NCBI GenBank assembly: GCA_014859345.1
Contig: JACUUL010000001.1
Coordinates: forward strand, 2,720 to 66,719
Length of the DNA stretch: 64,000 bases
Direction: 5' to 3'
DNA from: Thermoleophilia bacterium
GTDB taxonomy: Bacteria > Actinomycetota > Thermoleophilia > BMS3ABIN01
This document shows, piece after piece, positions 27,327 to 36,740 of the stretch (the stretch's first letter is position 1; every line of letters starts with the position of its first letter). Below the pieces are notes generated by a model. The model did no database searches. It saw only the letters and a list, made by a program, of their open reading frames with translations, and was not told the origin of the DNA. The translations under genes and the position numbers were made by a program.

Positions 27327-28289
27327 TCACTTTTTTGCCTTGGCTTTCCGGCCCCCACCGGCTTCGAGTTTCTCAATGAAGTCAGGGAAATATTTCCGCA
27401 GGGGCAGATCCGGGTTATCCGGTATCTGCCCGGTCTCATCGTACACCAGGGTGGAAAGCAGTACGTGGGCGGTCGCCACGGCCGGAAATATCCTGGGCGC
27501 CGTCACTATTGGGCCGTAAAGATTGAAGTCGCTCCACAGGGCGGTTGACATTCCCTGCGCCACCGCGTCCATTGCCCTGAAGCCTTCCTGCCCCCAGGCA
27601 TCTTTCGCTTCTTGCCACATATGTGTCCCGTTCGAGTACGCCGCGCCGCAGGGGTAGCCGAGCTCCTCCTTTATCATCTTGTTGGCAAGCAACGAAAAGG
27701 ACGTGGACGGCAGATTCATGACAGAGGTGTCCACGATTACGGTATCGAAGGCGTCCGCTCCCTGCTCGAGTATGCTCTTCAGGGATTTCAGCCTGCCCTT
27801 GGGAGACTGGTCCTCGTCATCGAACGCCTGGATTATGACGTGTTTGATTCCAAGGTTCTTGAGGGTTTCGACCTGTCCCCTTATATCCTTGTCCCAGGCA
27901 GTGATGCTGTTGTAAAGAAACTTGTCCTGGGCCCCGATCTCGGCGACGTACTCAGTGGCTTTTGCGCGTTTTTTGGGAACCCACATATCGATGCCGAAAG
28001 GCATGTCAGTCGTTTCGGTATAGAAATCTATGTAAATCCTGGCTTCATCCGGAGAATTAGCCACCATGGCGACCATGGCGGGTATGCCGGTGGCCCGGGA
28101 GAGTTCTTCCTGTTTCCTGATTAGATCAACGGCTTTTTCCCGGTCGAAGTCTCCTTTTCTGTCACGCAGTATCCTGTCTTTGTTATGGAACATCGATGCG
28201 ATCAGCAACGGCGGGTTGTCGCCGGGCTGCCCGCCGATCTTTATCCCGTCAAACTCAAAGACTTTCTGCGGAGTCGCAAACCTGAACAT
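27327..28289 (-). CDS. MtrH-like (pterin-binding) methyltransferase, probable methylcorrinoid:tetrahydrofolate methyltransferase
   Basis: MtrH-family similarity begins at MFRFATPQKVFEFDGIKIGGQPGDNPPLLIASMF (ATG at 28289). The longer track ORF would overlap the AhpD-like gene, so the internal start is used. Confidence 0.65.
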   Translation of the reverse strand: MFRFATPQKVFEFDGIKIGGQPGDNPPLLIASMFHNKDRILRDRKGDFDREKAVDLIRKQEELSRATGIPAMVAMVANSPDEARIYIDFYTETTDMPFGIDMWVPKKRAKATEYVAEIGAQDKFLYNSITAWDKDIRGQVETLKNLGIKHVIIQAFDDEDQSPKGRLKSLKSILEQGADAFDTVIVDTSVMNLPSTSFSLLANKMIKEELGYPCGAAYSNGTHMWQEAKDAWGQEGFRAMDAVAQGMSTALWSDFNLYGPIVTAPRIFPAVATAHVLLSTLVYDETGQIPDNPDLPLRKYFPDFIEKLEAGGGRKAKAKK

Positions 28290-28350
28290 CACCTCTCCTT
28301 GGATATTCTCAGGCCGGCGGAGGGAATTCCCTCCGCCGGTCTTTTTTGCC

Positions 28351-28950
28351 CTAGTAGATCCCGTGGTCCCATTTCGGCTCGGGGAGATACTCCCACGGTT
28401 CGCCTTTGCGATGCTTGGCCTCGATGTCGAGGCATTTGACCGCGTATTCGAATGCGTACGGTATGCCCGGACCGCCAGGTACAAAGCCGGCCAGAATCAT
28501 CCCCACGGACGCCGCCTCGAATATTTCCTCGGTGGTCGCTCCCGCTTCTATGGCCGGAACCACGTGAATGATGCACCGGGGAGAGCAATAGGAAACGCCG
28601 CCGGCCATGAACATCAGTTCCTTGATCTTTTTCGAAAGGGCGCCGTCGCCGAACACGCTGGCGTAGAAATCGGCGAAGGTCTTGCCCGGCACCGGCGTTA
28701 CCGTGTTGATCGTCTGGAACATCCTGGGCGTGAAGCCCATGACGTTTTTCATGTATTCGTTGCATTCCTCCGGCGACATCGCCGCGCATTCTTCCATCGT
28801 CATCGCTTTCATGCTGCTCTCAGCCATTTCTGCTCCTTTCTCGCTTTCGTCCCCGCCCTCCCGCTTCGAAGTGGAGGCGAAAAATTTTTTAAGTTCGTCC
28901 CAGAAATTCATCTCTTCGGCTCCTCTCCCGGCTTTTATAAGCCAGAACAC
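28351..28950 (-). CDS. Carboxymuconolactone decarboxylase/AhpD-like family protein
   Basis: CSPRCIIHV (CxxCxxxH AhpD-core motif). Confidence 0.55.
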   Translation of the reverse strand: MFWLIKAGRGAEEMNFWDELKKFFASTSKREGGDESEKGAEMAESSMKAMTMEECAAMSPEECNEYMKNVMGFTPRMFQTINTVTPVPGKTFADFYASVFGDGALSKKIKELMFMAGGVSYCSPRCIIHVVPAIEAGATTEEIFEAASVGMILAGFVPGGPGIPYAFEYAVKCLDIEAKHRKGEPWEYLPEPKWDHGIY

Positions 28951-28989
28951 CCAGCAGCTTTTCCCCTAAGTCATCGCACCTCCTCCCAC

Positions 28990-30018
28990 CTAAAGCTTCC
29001 ATTCTCTCGCCGTCCGGATGAATGCCTCAATGTTCTCGTAAGGCACGGTTGGCGGTATATCGCAGCCAGGCATCAACACAAACCCTCCGTCCGTCCCCGC
29101 CGTCTCGATTATCCGGCGCGAAACCTCTTCCACCTGCGCCGGGCTTCCCTGGTCCATGACGGCCACAGGATCAATATTGCCGCCGAAGCACATTTTCCCG
29201 TGCAGCGTCTCCTTCGCCTTGGCGATATCAGTCTTGTGGTCCAGGCTTATGCAGCTTGCCCCCGTATCGACCATCAGGTCAAGCCTGTCGGTGGTGTTCC
29301 CGCATATATGCACCAGGGTGTGCCTGTCATGCTGCTTTGCCCAATCGGTGAACTTTTTAAGGTATGGCAGGGCGAATTCCCGAAACTGTTTTTTGGAGAT
29401 GAGGTCTCCCGAAGCGGTTGGGTCTGCCAGCGAGATGACTTCGAGCGTCCCGTCCCGCACCAGGGGCTCGAATAAATGGATAAGAAGGCCGGTAGTGAAA
29501 TCTGCCATTTTGTGAACGAAGTCCGGCCGTTTGAAGGTGGCCTTCATCATGGTCTCTTCGCCCACAAACCGGGCGGCCAGAGTATATGGACCCCAGGCGG
29601 TCATCGTCACAACATATTCGTCTCCAATCTTCTTTTTGGTCTCCCTGAGGGCTTCTTTGACTGTATTTATCACCTCGTTCCTGTCCAGAGCCGAGTAGTC
29701 CAGTTTATCGATATCCTCGGCAGTGTCGACCAGGTGCTCCTTTAGATCGGGAGCGCCCATCTCTCGGTACTTTATCCCCCCGCCAAACGCCGAAGCGTGA
29801 AAGTTGTTATAACCCGAGCCCGCGTACACGATGTCACAGAGGAGCTTCCCCGACGTAGTAACCAGCATGTCTGTCATCTTCCCCACATCGGTCGCCAGTT
29901 CCTCGAAGGAGGTGCCAAAATTTCTGATGCTCCACATGCCTGCCCCGAACAGGGTGACCGGCACCCTCTCGGTCTTCTTGCCCTCATAAGCATCCAGGAT
30001 AATCTGTTTTGGTGTCAT
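28990..30018 (-). CDS. MtaA/CmuA-family (UroD-fold) zinc methyltransferase 2
   Basis: 342 aa. VHICGNTT and PGCDIPP zinc-ligand motifs. Paralog of 26271..27320 but clearly divergent. Confidence 0.75.
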   Translation of the reverse strand: MTPKQIILDAYEGKKTERVPVTLFGAGMWSIRNFGTSFEELATDVGKMTDMLVTTSGKLLCDIVYAGSGYNNFHASAFGGGIKYREMGAPDLKEHLVDTAEDIDKLDYSALDRNEVINTVKEALRETKKKIGDEYVVTMTAWGPYTLAARFVGEETMMKATFKRPDFVHKMADFTTGLLIHLFEPLVRDGTLEVISLADPTASGDLISKKQFREFALPYLKKFTDWAKQHDRHTLVHICGNTTDRLDLMVDTGASCISLDHKTDIAKAKETLHGKMCFGGNIDPVAVMDQGSPAQVEEVSRRIIETAGTDGGFVLMPGCDIPPTVPYENIEAFIRTAREWKL

Positions 30019-30511
30019 GCCCCTTCCCTTTCGTATTTTCTTAAATGCCTAAGGACCGATTTCCTCAAAACCGGACCCTCAGGGGACCAACAGCGAACGA
30101 AGGAACAATTGGAGCGGCGTCTTTTATGCAGTGTCTCCGGGCTCGTTTTTGTTAATCTCTGATTGTCATATATTCTATCTTATCTGAAGGTCGTATCGGG
30201 TCGCAGTCCGGCTACATCCTGCTTCATTGCCGAGAAACAAAAGCCCAGGAAACTGTCTGGTGTTATCAACTGGCAATGGCGAAGGCCACCCCCCTCCACG
30301 GGCCGTCATCACTGCCTGACCTCTTTCCCCCATACGGTAGAGGTCAAACCGTTCGCCGCGGATATCATGTTCATCGCGAACAATCCGCGCTTTGTCGTGA
30401 AGGGCGTGGCGATGCGCCTGCCTTAACGTTCAAAAACCAGTTCTTCGCTGAGGAGTCTATCCTACGATCTTTTCCAAACTCAAGGCCGGAGTTGACCGGA
30501 TGATCGTTATG

Positions 30512-30922
30512 TCAAAAACAGAGGGTTCCCCTGGCCTGAGAAGCGAGGTCAATGAGGCTCATGGCTCCGGCGGGCGTAGCTTCGGGAATCAGGCCTTCGG
30601 GAGCTATATTCTTGTTCGCCATGGTCTGCGTGCAGCACTGGATTTCGACGCCCATGTCGATCGCTTCATAAAGCCTTTGGCCGATTGTCGGCATGCCCTG
30701 CGCCTCTTTTTCATGCTTCTCGACGGAGCCCTTTGCCATGACATCCACCGCTTCCTGGATGCAGTACAGAATGGATCGGCAATTCGCGGCGGCCGCCAGC
30801 GAGGCGAACATGAGAGCCGAGCGCACGCGAGCCGGGTTTTCGAATCCGGACGCGCACACTACTATGAACAGATTGTCGACTTCCGCGCCTTTTGGATCTG
30901 TTTGCTGACGAACTTTCAGCAT
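30512..30922 (-). CDS. DsrE/DsrF/TusD-like sulfur-relay family protein
   Basis: Start at internal ATG (MLKVRQ...). IVVCASGFENP conserved-Cys region typical of the DsrE family, about 135 aa. Confidence 0.4.
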   Translation of the reverse strand: MLKVRQQTDPKGAEVDNLFIVVCASGFENPARVRSALMFASLAAAANCRSILYCIQEAVDVMAKGSVEKHEKEAQGMPTIGQRLYEAIDMGVEIQCCTQTMANKNIAPEGLIPEATPAGAMSLIDLASQARGTLCF

Positions 30923-30923
30923 G

Positions 30924-31454
30924 TCAGACCGTTTCCAGCTCGGCATGCAACGCGACAGGCCTGGAGAGCGTCACTCCCACAGGCGACGTGGCGAGCACAT
31001 GTTTATGAAGTTCTTCCAGCGTCTCTTTATCCGCATCAGACTTTATCTTCACGTTGGCTGTGATGTTCTTGAACCCCGGGAGCTTGTCCATGCTGAGGCT
31101 CTCGGGCGGTTCCAGCCCCAGGAAGCCCGGCAGGTCAATCTCGCCCTCGAGGTTGATGCTGATATCCTCGATGTTGATATTCCTGACCGCGGCGTTCATG
31201 GCGTAACCGATCGTCAGGCATGCTCCATAGGCCTGAAGCACCATCTCGACCGGGTTTGCCGCCATGTTTGTCCCGCACAGCATCTCGGGCTCATCAGCCA
31301 GGAGCGTGAAGTCGCGCGAGCACGTCTCGACCTGGAATCCGCCTTTCCACGACGTCGATGCTTTCCAGACCGTCCTGCCCGTATCCCAGTTCTCCTTGAC
31401 CGTCTCAACAACCTTTATCAGGTCCTCGGTTTCCAGTCCGTTTACTACAGGCAT
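30924..31454 (-). CDS. OsmC/Ohr-family peroxiredoxin-like protein
   Basis: Start at internal ATG (MPVVNGL). Two conserved Cys (ETCSRD...LCGTN ... GACLTIGY) as in OsmC. Confidence 0.5.
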   Translation of the reverse strand: MPVVNGLETEDLIKVVETVKENWDTGRTVWKASTSWKGGFQVETCSRDFTLLADEPEMLCGTNMAANPVEMVLQAYGACLTIGYAMNAAVRNINIEDISINLEGEIDLPGFLGLEPPESLSMDKLPGFKNITANVKIKSDADKETLEELHKHVLATSPVGVTLSRPVALHAELETV

Positions 31455-31659
31455 CGCAAATCCTCCTATTTTGTTGTTACCGCAGTTATAGTATAACAAT
31501 AGTTCAGTTTAGGAGCCACGTTTTCACCCTTGCCCCTGTCTCCATGATGGTCAAACAGTCAGTTATGACCCGGAATAATGCCCCGTTTACGATCCGGAAG
31601 ATCGTTCCCGGCCCATGATTTTCTGATACCCGGGATTCTCCATCATAAACCCGGTTTGA

Positions 31660-32430
31660 TCAAAGAGCCGCCGCTGCCGCCAGCAAAGCGGCCACTCTGC
31701 CGGTCTCGACCGAGGCTCCCAGTAAATCGCCGTTGGCTCCTCCGAACCAGCGTCTGCCCGCCGCCGCCAGCAAAATGGCCACTGCCAGCGCCCCTGCCCC
31801 GCAAACCAGCGGGATTAAGATGCCCAGCGGAATGGCCAGCAGCGCGAGAAGGATCAGGACAATCGCCGATGCCGCCATTCCCCGCCATCCTTTCGATCCG
31901 GCGATGAAGACGCTGCCGCTGCCCTTGTGAGAGGGCCGGCTGAACATGGCCAGGGCGAAAAGGGAGAATCGCGCTGAGAGTTCAACCGACATCATCAGCC
32001 ATGGCCAGTGGCGCTCTTCGATTCCGGGCAGCGCTTCTGAAAGCGCCGCCCAGGATACAAGGTAGACAAGCAGCAGTGCCGCGATGGCGCCGATGCCCAT
32101 GGTGCGATCCTTAAGCACCGCCAGGCGCCGCGACCGGGAGCCGCCGGCCATGACCGCGTCGCCCACGTCGGCCAGGCCGTCAGCGTGATGGAGGCCGGTG
32201 AGGAGCAGGGCCAGCGCCAAAATTATCGCCGCCACAACCTGCGCTTCAAACAGCCCCGAAAGGCCCCAGCCGGCCAGACCCTCGACTCCGCCCAGAAAAA
32301 CGGCCACCAGCGGCAGCAAGAAGGCGGCCCGGGTGACTTCTTCGATGCCGCCGGCGCGGGCCAGGGGGAGAATCGTGAAAAAACCGAAAGCCAGGCGCAG
32401 CTGTCTCACGGAAACGTCCTCATTTCGCAA
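31660..32430 (-). CDS. cobS: Adenosylcobinamide-GDP ribazoletransferase (cobalamin synthase)
   Basis: 256 aa polytopic membrane protein. LAFGFFTILP N-terminal motif. Confidence 0.8.
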   Translation of the reverse strand: MRNEDVSVRQLRLAFGFFTILPLARAGGIEEVTRAAFLLPLVAVFLGGVEGLAGWGLSGLFEAQVVAAIILALALLLTGLHHADGLADVGDAVMAGGSRSRRLAVLKDRTMGIGAIAALLLVYLVSWAALSEALPGIEERHWPWLMMSVELSARFSLFALAMFSRPSHKGSGSVFIAGSKGWRGMAASAIVLILLALLAIPLGILIPLVCGAGALAVAILLAAAGRRWFGGANGDLLGASVETGRVAALLAAAAAL

Positions 32431-33199
32431 GCAACTTTGTCAGGCTCCGGACGAGTATCTCCAGATCGTGGATGGCGCCGGGCTCGGCCGGCCGGTCCAC
32501 CACCAGCAGTTCGATGCCCTCGGCGGCGGCCGCATCCGCCTTTTCCATAAGGCCGCCCTCGAGGCCGGAATCCTTGGTGAGCAGGATCCCTGCCCGGCTG
32601 TGCCGGATGCATGCCCGGTTGAACTCGACACTGAAGGGCGGATGGGCGGCGATGATATCGCGCGGATCCATGCCCAGGCGTTCGCACTCCGCCAGAGATT
32701 CGGGCACAGGCAGGATGCGGGCGGTGAAATCGATATGTTCCCGGACAAAAGGCTCCAGGTGGCGGGTGCCAACGGTGAGCAGGGCCCGGCCGGGGCGGTC
32801 CTTTAGAATCTCCAGGGCTTCGCTGAAGGAGGCGGCCCGGATGACGTCCGCTTTCGGGATGGGCGAGGCCGGCCGGCTGTACCGCAGGTATGGCAGGCCG
32901 GCCTGGCGGGCGGCGAGGCGGGCCTGGTCGCTGGCGGCCAGGGCGTAGGGATGTGAGCAATCGACGATGGCGGCGGCCCCCAGCTCGGAGGCGCGCCGGG
33001 CCATGCGGCAGGCATCCTTGGGTCCGGTATCCGCCAGGTGGCTGCCGGCCTCTGCAGACAGGACCGCCCCCCAGGGGGTGGCCACGCTGACGGTTACGCT
33101 GTAGCCCTCCGCCTGGAGGCGGGCGGCAGCCTGGTTTGCCTCGCCGGTGCCGCCTATCAGATAGAGGGCCGGAGCTGACCGCGTCTGACTCAAGCTCAC
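32420..33199 (-). CDS. cbiJ: Cobalt-precorrin-6A reductase
   Basis: 259 aa, LYLIGGTGEANQAA N-terminal dinucleotide-binding motif typical of CobK/CbiJ. Confidence 0.8.
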   Translation of the reverse strand: MSLSQTRSAPALYLIGGTGEANQAAARLQAEGYSVTVSVATPWGAVLSAEAGSHLADTGPKDACRMARRASELGAAAIVDCSHPYALAASDQARLAARQAGLPYLRYSRPASPIPKADVIRAASFSEALEILKDRPGRALLTVGTRHLEPFVREHIDFTARILPVPESLAECERLGMDPRDIIAAHPPFSVEFNRACIRHSRAGILLTKDSGLEGGLMEKADAAAAEGIELLVVDRPAEPGAIHDLEILVRSLTKLLAK

Positions 33200-35082
33200 G
33201 ACTCCTTCCGGTAACCCCGCCGGGTTACCATCTTCCCGTCGATGATCTCCGTGCGGGAGTTTCCTATGATAACCGCGGTCCGCATGTCTATATCCTGTCC
33301 GGACAGCTGCCCGAGGTTGACAATAGCTGCTTTCTCGCCGGGACCGCCGGCTTCACGCACCCAGCCCACGGGGGTCTCCGGCAGCCTATGCTCAAGCAGG
33401 ATGTCGCAGGCCTCCTCGAAAAGAGGGCGGCGTTTCCTGCTGGTAGGGTTGTAGAGACAGATGACCATGTCCGACGCCGCAGCCGCCGCCGCGCGGCGCA
33501 GAACCTCCTCCCTGGGCGTAAGCAGGTCGCTGAGGCTTAACACGATAAAATCATTCATCAGCGGGGCTCCCAGGCGGGCGGCGGCGATGTGGGCGGCGCT
33601 GACGCCGGGCAGGATCCGCACCGGCACGTGGCCGGCCACCTCGAGAAGTGGGCCCGCCATGCCGTAGACGCCTGGGTCGCCACTTGAGATCAGGGCCACT
33701 GTCTTGCCCTCGCGCGCCAGGTTAAGAGCCTCGCGGCAGCGGTTCACCTCCCTGCCCATGGATCCGGCAAGGTATTTTTTTTCGGGAAAAATGCGGCGCA
33801 CCTGATCGATATAGGTACGATAGCCGACGACCACGTCGGCGTTCTCGATGGCGGCAGCCGCTTCTGCGGTGAGCAATCCGGACGTGCCCGCGCCGATGCC
33901 AACCGCCAGGACCTGTCCGCAGCCGGCCGGCCGGGACTCAGCCTGTCCGGACGCGGCCGGCATTGGCGCCGGCCGTGGTCCGACACGCGGCGGAACAGAT
34001 CGCGGAGCGGGTCGCGGCTTCAGGGCCAGCGCCACAGTTACCGGGCCGTGAACCGACTTGGCGGCAACCAGCTCGGATCCGGCCCCCGCTCCCAGCAGCG
34101 CCGCGGGTTCCGACACGGCGGGGGTTCCGACCTTGGCGGCCACGAAATCTCTGCCCGGACGGCCAAGGGCGCCCAGCTGGCTGGCAGTGTAAAAAATCAG
34201 TTCCACGTCAAGCTCGCGGGCGGCCTCCTCAAGCCCGGCCTCATCCTTTTTTACATCGATGCTGGCCAGAGAGCTGAGCGACAGGGGATCGATTCCGGCG
34301 GCCGAGCAGGCTTCATAAACCGCTGAGATCACCTTTCCGGGCGCCACCCCCCGCCTGCAACCCACTCCGGCGCAGACGACGCGGGGAACCAGCCGGGCAG
34401 TCGGAATCATATCCTCGTAAGGCTCCGCATCGCGAACGCTTGGGTTGGTTATTAGCAGGCGGCCGGCGTATCCGCGCGGTTCGGCCCCGGAAGGCATCCA
34501 GTCGTAGCCGTCGATGCCGGGATCCCGGGTAGCCTGAATGCAGAGGCGGTTGCCATCCACCAGCAGGGCGGTCACCCGCCTGAGCTCATCCTGCCCGGCG
34601 ACGCGGCAGTCAAGCAGGCGGGCCACTTCGTCCGGCGCCGTGAGCCCCTGCACGTCGCTGGAAGTGGTGATGGCGGCCTCGCCTCCCAGGTATGCTGCCA
34701 TGTCCCTGGCCAGATCGTTGGCGCCGGCGGCATGGCCGCCCAGCAGAGGAATCGCGTGCCGGCCTTCCTCATCCAGCACTATTACCGCGGGATCGACATG
34801 TTTGGTGGACAGATGTGGCGCCAGCAACCGGAAAACGATACCGGCGGCCATGACGGCCACGACGGTGTCGCCGGCCAGAAACCGTTCGGGAAGCGTCTCG
34901 GCAAGATTGTCAAAGGGGGAGCAATGCCCGCATCCCAGACTCTGGCAACGGGGCAGATAAGCTGTGCCGCCAAACCGGTCGCGAAGGCTGAGCGCCGTGA
35001 GCGCCCCGCCGGCGGTCAGCGAGAAATAGCTGATATGATCAGCTTTCCCCCGGCTCACCGGACTCGCCCTGCCTGTACCCAT
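33196..35082 (-). CDS. cbiGH: Fused cobalt-precorrin-5A hydrolase / cobalt-factor III C17-methyltransferase (CbiG-CbiH)
   Basis: N-terminal CbiG-like region followed by a precorrin methyltransferase domain (VLAVGIGAGTSGLLTAEAAAAIENADVVVGY). Confidence 0.8.
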   Translation of the reverse strand: MGTGRASPVSRGKADHISYFSLTAGGALTALSLRDRFGGTAYLPRCQSLGCGHCSPFDNLAETLPERFLAGDTVVAVMAAGIVFRLLAPHLSTKHVDPAVIVLDEEGRHAIPLLGGHAAGANDLARDMAAYLGGEAAITTSSDVQGLTAPDEVARLLDCRVAGQDELRRVTALLVDGNRLCIQATRDPGIDGYDWMPSGAEPRGYAGRLLITNPSVRDAEPYEDMIPTARLVPRVVCAGVGCRRGVAPGKVISAVYEACSAAGIDPLSLSSLASIDVKKDEAGLEEAARELDVELIFYTASQLGALGRPGRDFVAAKVGTPAVSEPAALLGAGAGSELVAAKSVHGPVTVALALKPRPAPRSVPPRVGPRPAPMPAASGQAESRPAGCGQVLAVGIGAGTSGLLTAEAAAAIENADVVVGYRTYIDQVRRIFPEKKYLAGSMGREVNRCREALNLAREGKTVALISSGDPGVYGMAGPLLEVAGHVPVRILPGVSAAHIAAARLGAPLMNDFIVLSLSDLLTPREEVLRRAAAAAASDMVICLYNPTSRKRRPLFEEACDILLEHRLPETPVGWVREAGGPGEKAAIVNLGQLSGQDIDMRTAVIIGNSRTEIIDGKMVTRRGYRKES

Positions 35083-35848
35083 GCGAAAATTCCTTGGAGT
35101 ACAGTTTCGATTCCTCGCCCTGCTGCGCCAGCGCCGCGCCGATGAGGATGATCGCGGTGCGGTCCATCTTGGCTTCCCTGATCGCCTCTCTCATATCCTG
35201 CACATTTGTGCGCAGCACTTTCTCCTGCGGCCAGCTGGCCTGCTGGACGATGACAACCGGTGTCTCCGGCGGATAATGGGCAGCCAGCCTCTCATGCAGC
35301 CTGCTGATCAGGCCGGCGCTCAGGAATACCGCCATGGTGGCGCGATGCTCGGCCAGCATGGCGATATCCTCCCTCTCAGGCACGGGCGTGCGGCCGGCGG
35401 CACGGGTTACGATCACCGTCTGGGAAACACCCGGAACCGTCAGCTCGCTGCTGATGGCGGCTGCGGCAGCGCCCAGAGAAGATACTCCAGGCACCACTTC
35501 CAGATCGACGCTCGCCTCGCGCAATTTGGCGATCTGTTCCTTGATGGCGCCAAAGAAAGCGGGGTCGCCGCTGTGCAGGCGCACCACCCTCTTGCCGTGC
35601 TTGACCCGGTCCACCATGATCTCGACTATATAATCGAGACAGAGAGGGGCGCTGTCGATGCGTTCGGCTTTCGGGCACAGCTCCAGCACCTCGGGACTGA
35701 TCAGCGAGCCGGCGTAGATGACGACATCGGCCTGCTCGAGCAGCCGCATCCCCTTTATAGTGAGCAAATCGGGGTCGCCGGGACCTGCCCCGACGAAATG
35801 GACCCTGTGGGTCACTGTTTTCCGATTCTTGTTTCTGTCAGGATTCAT
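35039..35848 (-). CDS. cbiF: Cobalt-precorrin-4 C11-methyltransferase
   Basis: VHFVGAGPGDPDLLTIKG...ADVVIYAGSL. Start codon uncertain (44-nt overlap with cbiGH if ATG 35848). Confidence 0.85.
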   Translation of the reverse strand: MNPDRNKNRKTVTHRVHFVGAGPGDPDLLTIKGMRLLEQADVVIYAGSLISPEVLELCPKAERIDSAPLCLDYIVEIMVDRVKHGKRVVRLHSGDPAFFGAIKEQIAKLREASVDLEVVPGVSSLGAAAAAISSELTVPGVSQTVIVTRAAGRTPVPEREDIAMLAEHRATMAVFLSAGLISRLHERLAAHYPPETPVVIVQQASWPQEKVLRTNVQDMREAIREAKMDRTAIILIGAALAQQGEESKLYSKEFSHGYRQGESGEPGES

Positions 35849-35954
35849 TTTGCATACCTTTCGCGGTTTTATCGTGCGGATCGTGCCCGGTCAAACATCG
35901 CCTGCTGAAGAAAGCAGCCAGGATATTCGAAGGGAAAGAAATTATAGTACACTC

Positions 35955-36665
35955 CTATGGCTGTTTAATCCAAATTATGGAAAAATACGGCAAATTAGCG
36001 GCTGCTTTGCGGTCGAGTTGTTCGATGATCTGCTCCGAGGGACCACCGAGCTCGATGGCAGCGCTGGCCCGGCCGAAGGCGCCGTCACTTTCCAGCAGAC
36101 CCAGGGCTTCCTCCGAGAGCGACCGCGGTTTCATGATAATGACCGAGCCGCCCATCTCCAGCGCTTTTTTTAAAGACCGGCTTGACCCCCCGGTCACAAC
36201 CGCCGTTGGCGAGTCTCCGGAAGCCAGGGGCAGGCCGATGGCCGCGGCAAAAGCATTCATGGCGGCGATGCCGCTTATCACTTCCACCTTTCCCGGAAAG
36301 CGCTCCGCCAGATAACCGAAGGTGCTATAAAAAAGCGGGTCTCCCAGCGAGAGGTAAGCCACGTCGCGGCCGCCGCGGGCGGCTTCCGCAAGGGACGCGG
36401 CGGCCTGCTCGTGTGCCTGGGCCAGGCTATCCCTGTTTTTGGTCATGGGCATGAGCAGAGGCAGCAGCGTAGTTTCAGGCCTCAGATGGATCCTGACCGT
36501 TTCCAGGGCCCGGCTGCGAGCGCCCCTCCGACGCACGGGAAAAGCTATGATGGCAACGTTCCTGATTATCCTCAGCGCTTTCAAGGTAACCAGCTCCGGA
36601 TCGCCGGGTCCGACGCCGACGCCGTACAGGATCCCGTTTTCGTTATTCACTTTCTCCGCTACCAA
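35955..36665 (-). CDS. cbiL: Cobalt-precorrin-2 C20-methyltransferase
   Basis: GILYGVGVGPGDPELVTLKALRIIRNV... Confidence 0.8.
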   Translation of the reverse strand: MVAEKVNNENGILYGVGVGPGDPELVTLKALRIIRNVAIIAFPVRRRGARSRALETVRIHLRPETTLLPLLMPMTKNRDSLAQAHEQAAASLAEAARGGRDVAYLSLGDPLFYSTFGYLAERFPGKVEVISGIAAMNAFAAAIGLPLASGDSPTAVVTGGSSRSLKKALEMGGSVIIMKPRSLSEEALGLLESDGAFGRASAAIELGGPSEQIIEQLDRKAAANLPYFSIIWIKQP

Positions 36666-36740
36666 ATACGGCCTCCATCATAAATCAAGGGTCAACATAA
36701 TATGGGTCGCCGTGCTCATTTGTGGTGTTTTTTGATTGTC

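Noticed and set aside
28290-28484. N-terminal 65-aa extension of the MtrH-like ORF in the track
   Set aside because: The extension would overlap the AhpD-like gene by about 130 nt and is low-complexity (S/T/R/N-rich). MtrH similarity starts at the internal ATG 28289, which is used instead.
28066-29475. 469-aa plus-strand ORF spanning the AhpD-like and MtaA-like genes
   Set aside because: Antisense to two recognisable minus-strand genes. Composition is Arg/Pro/His-rich and domain-free.
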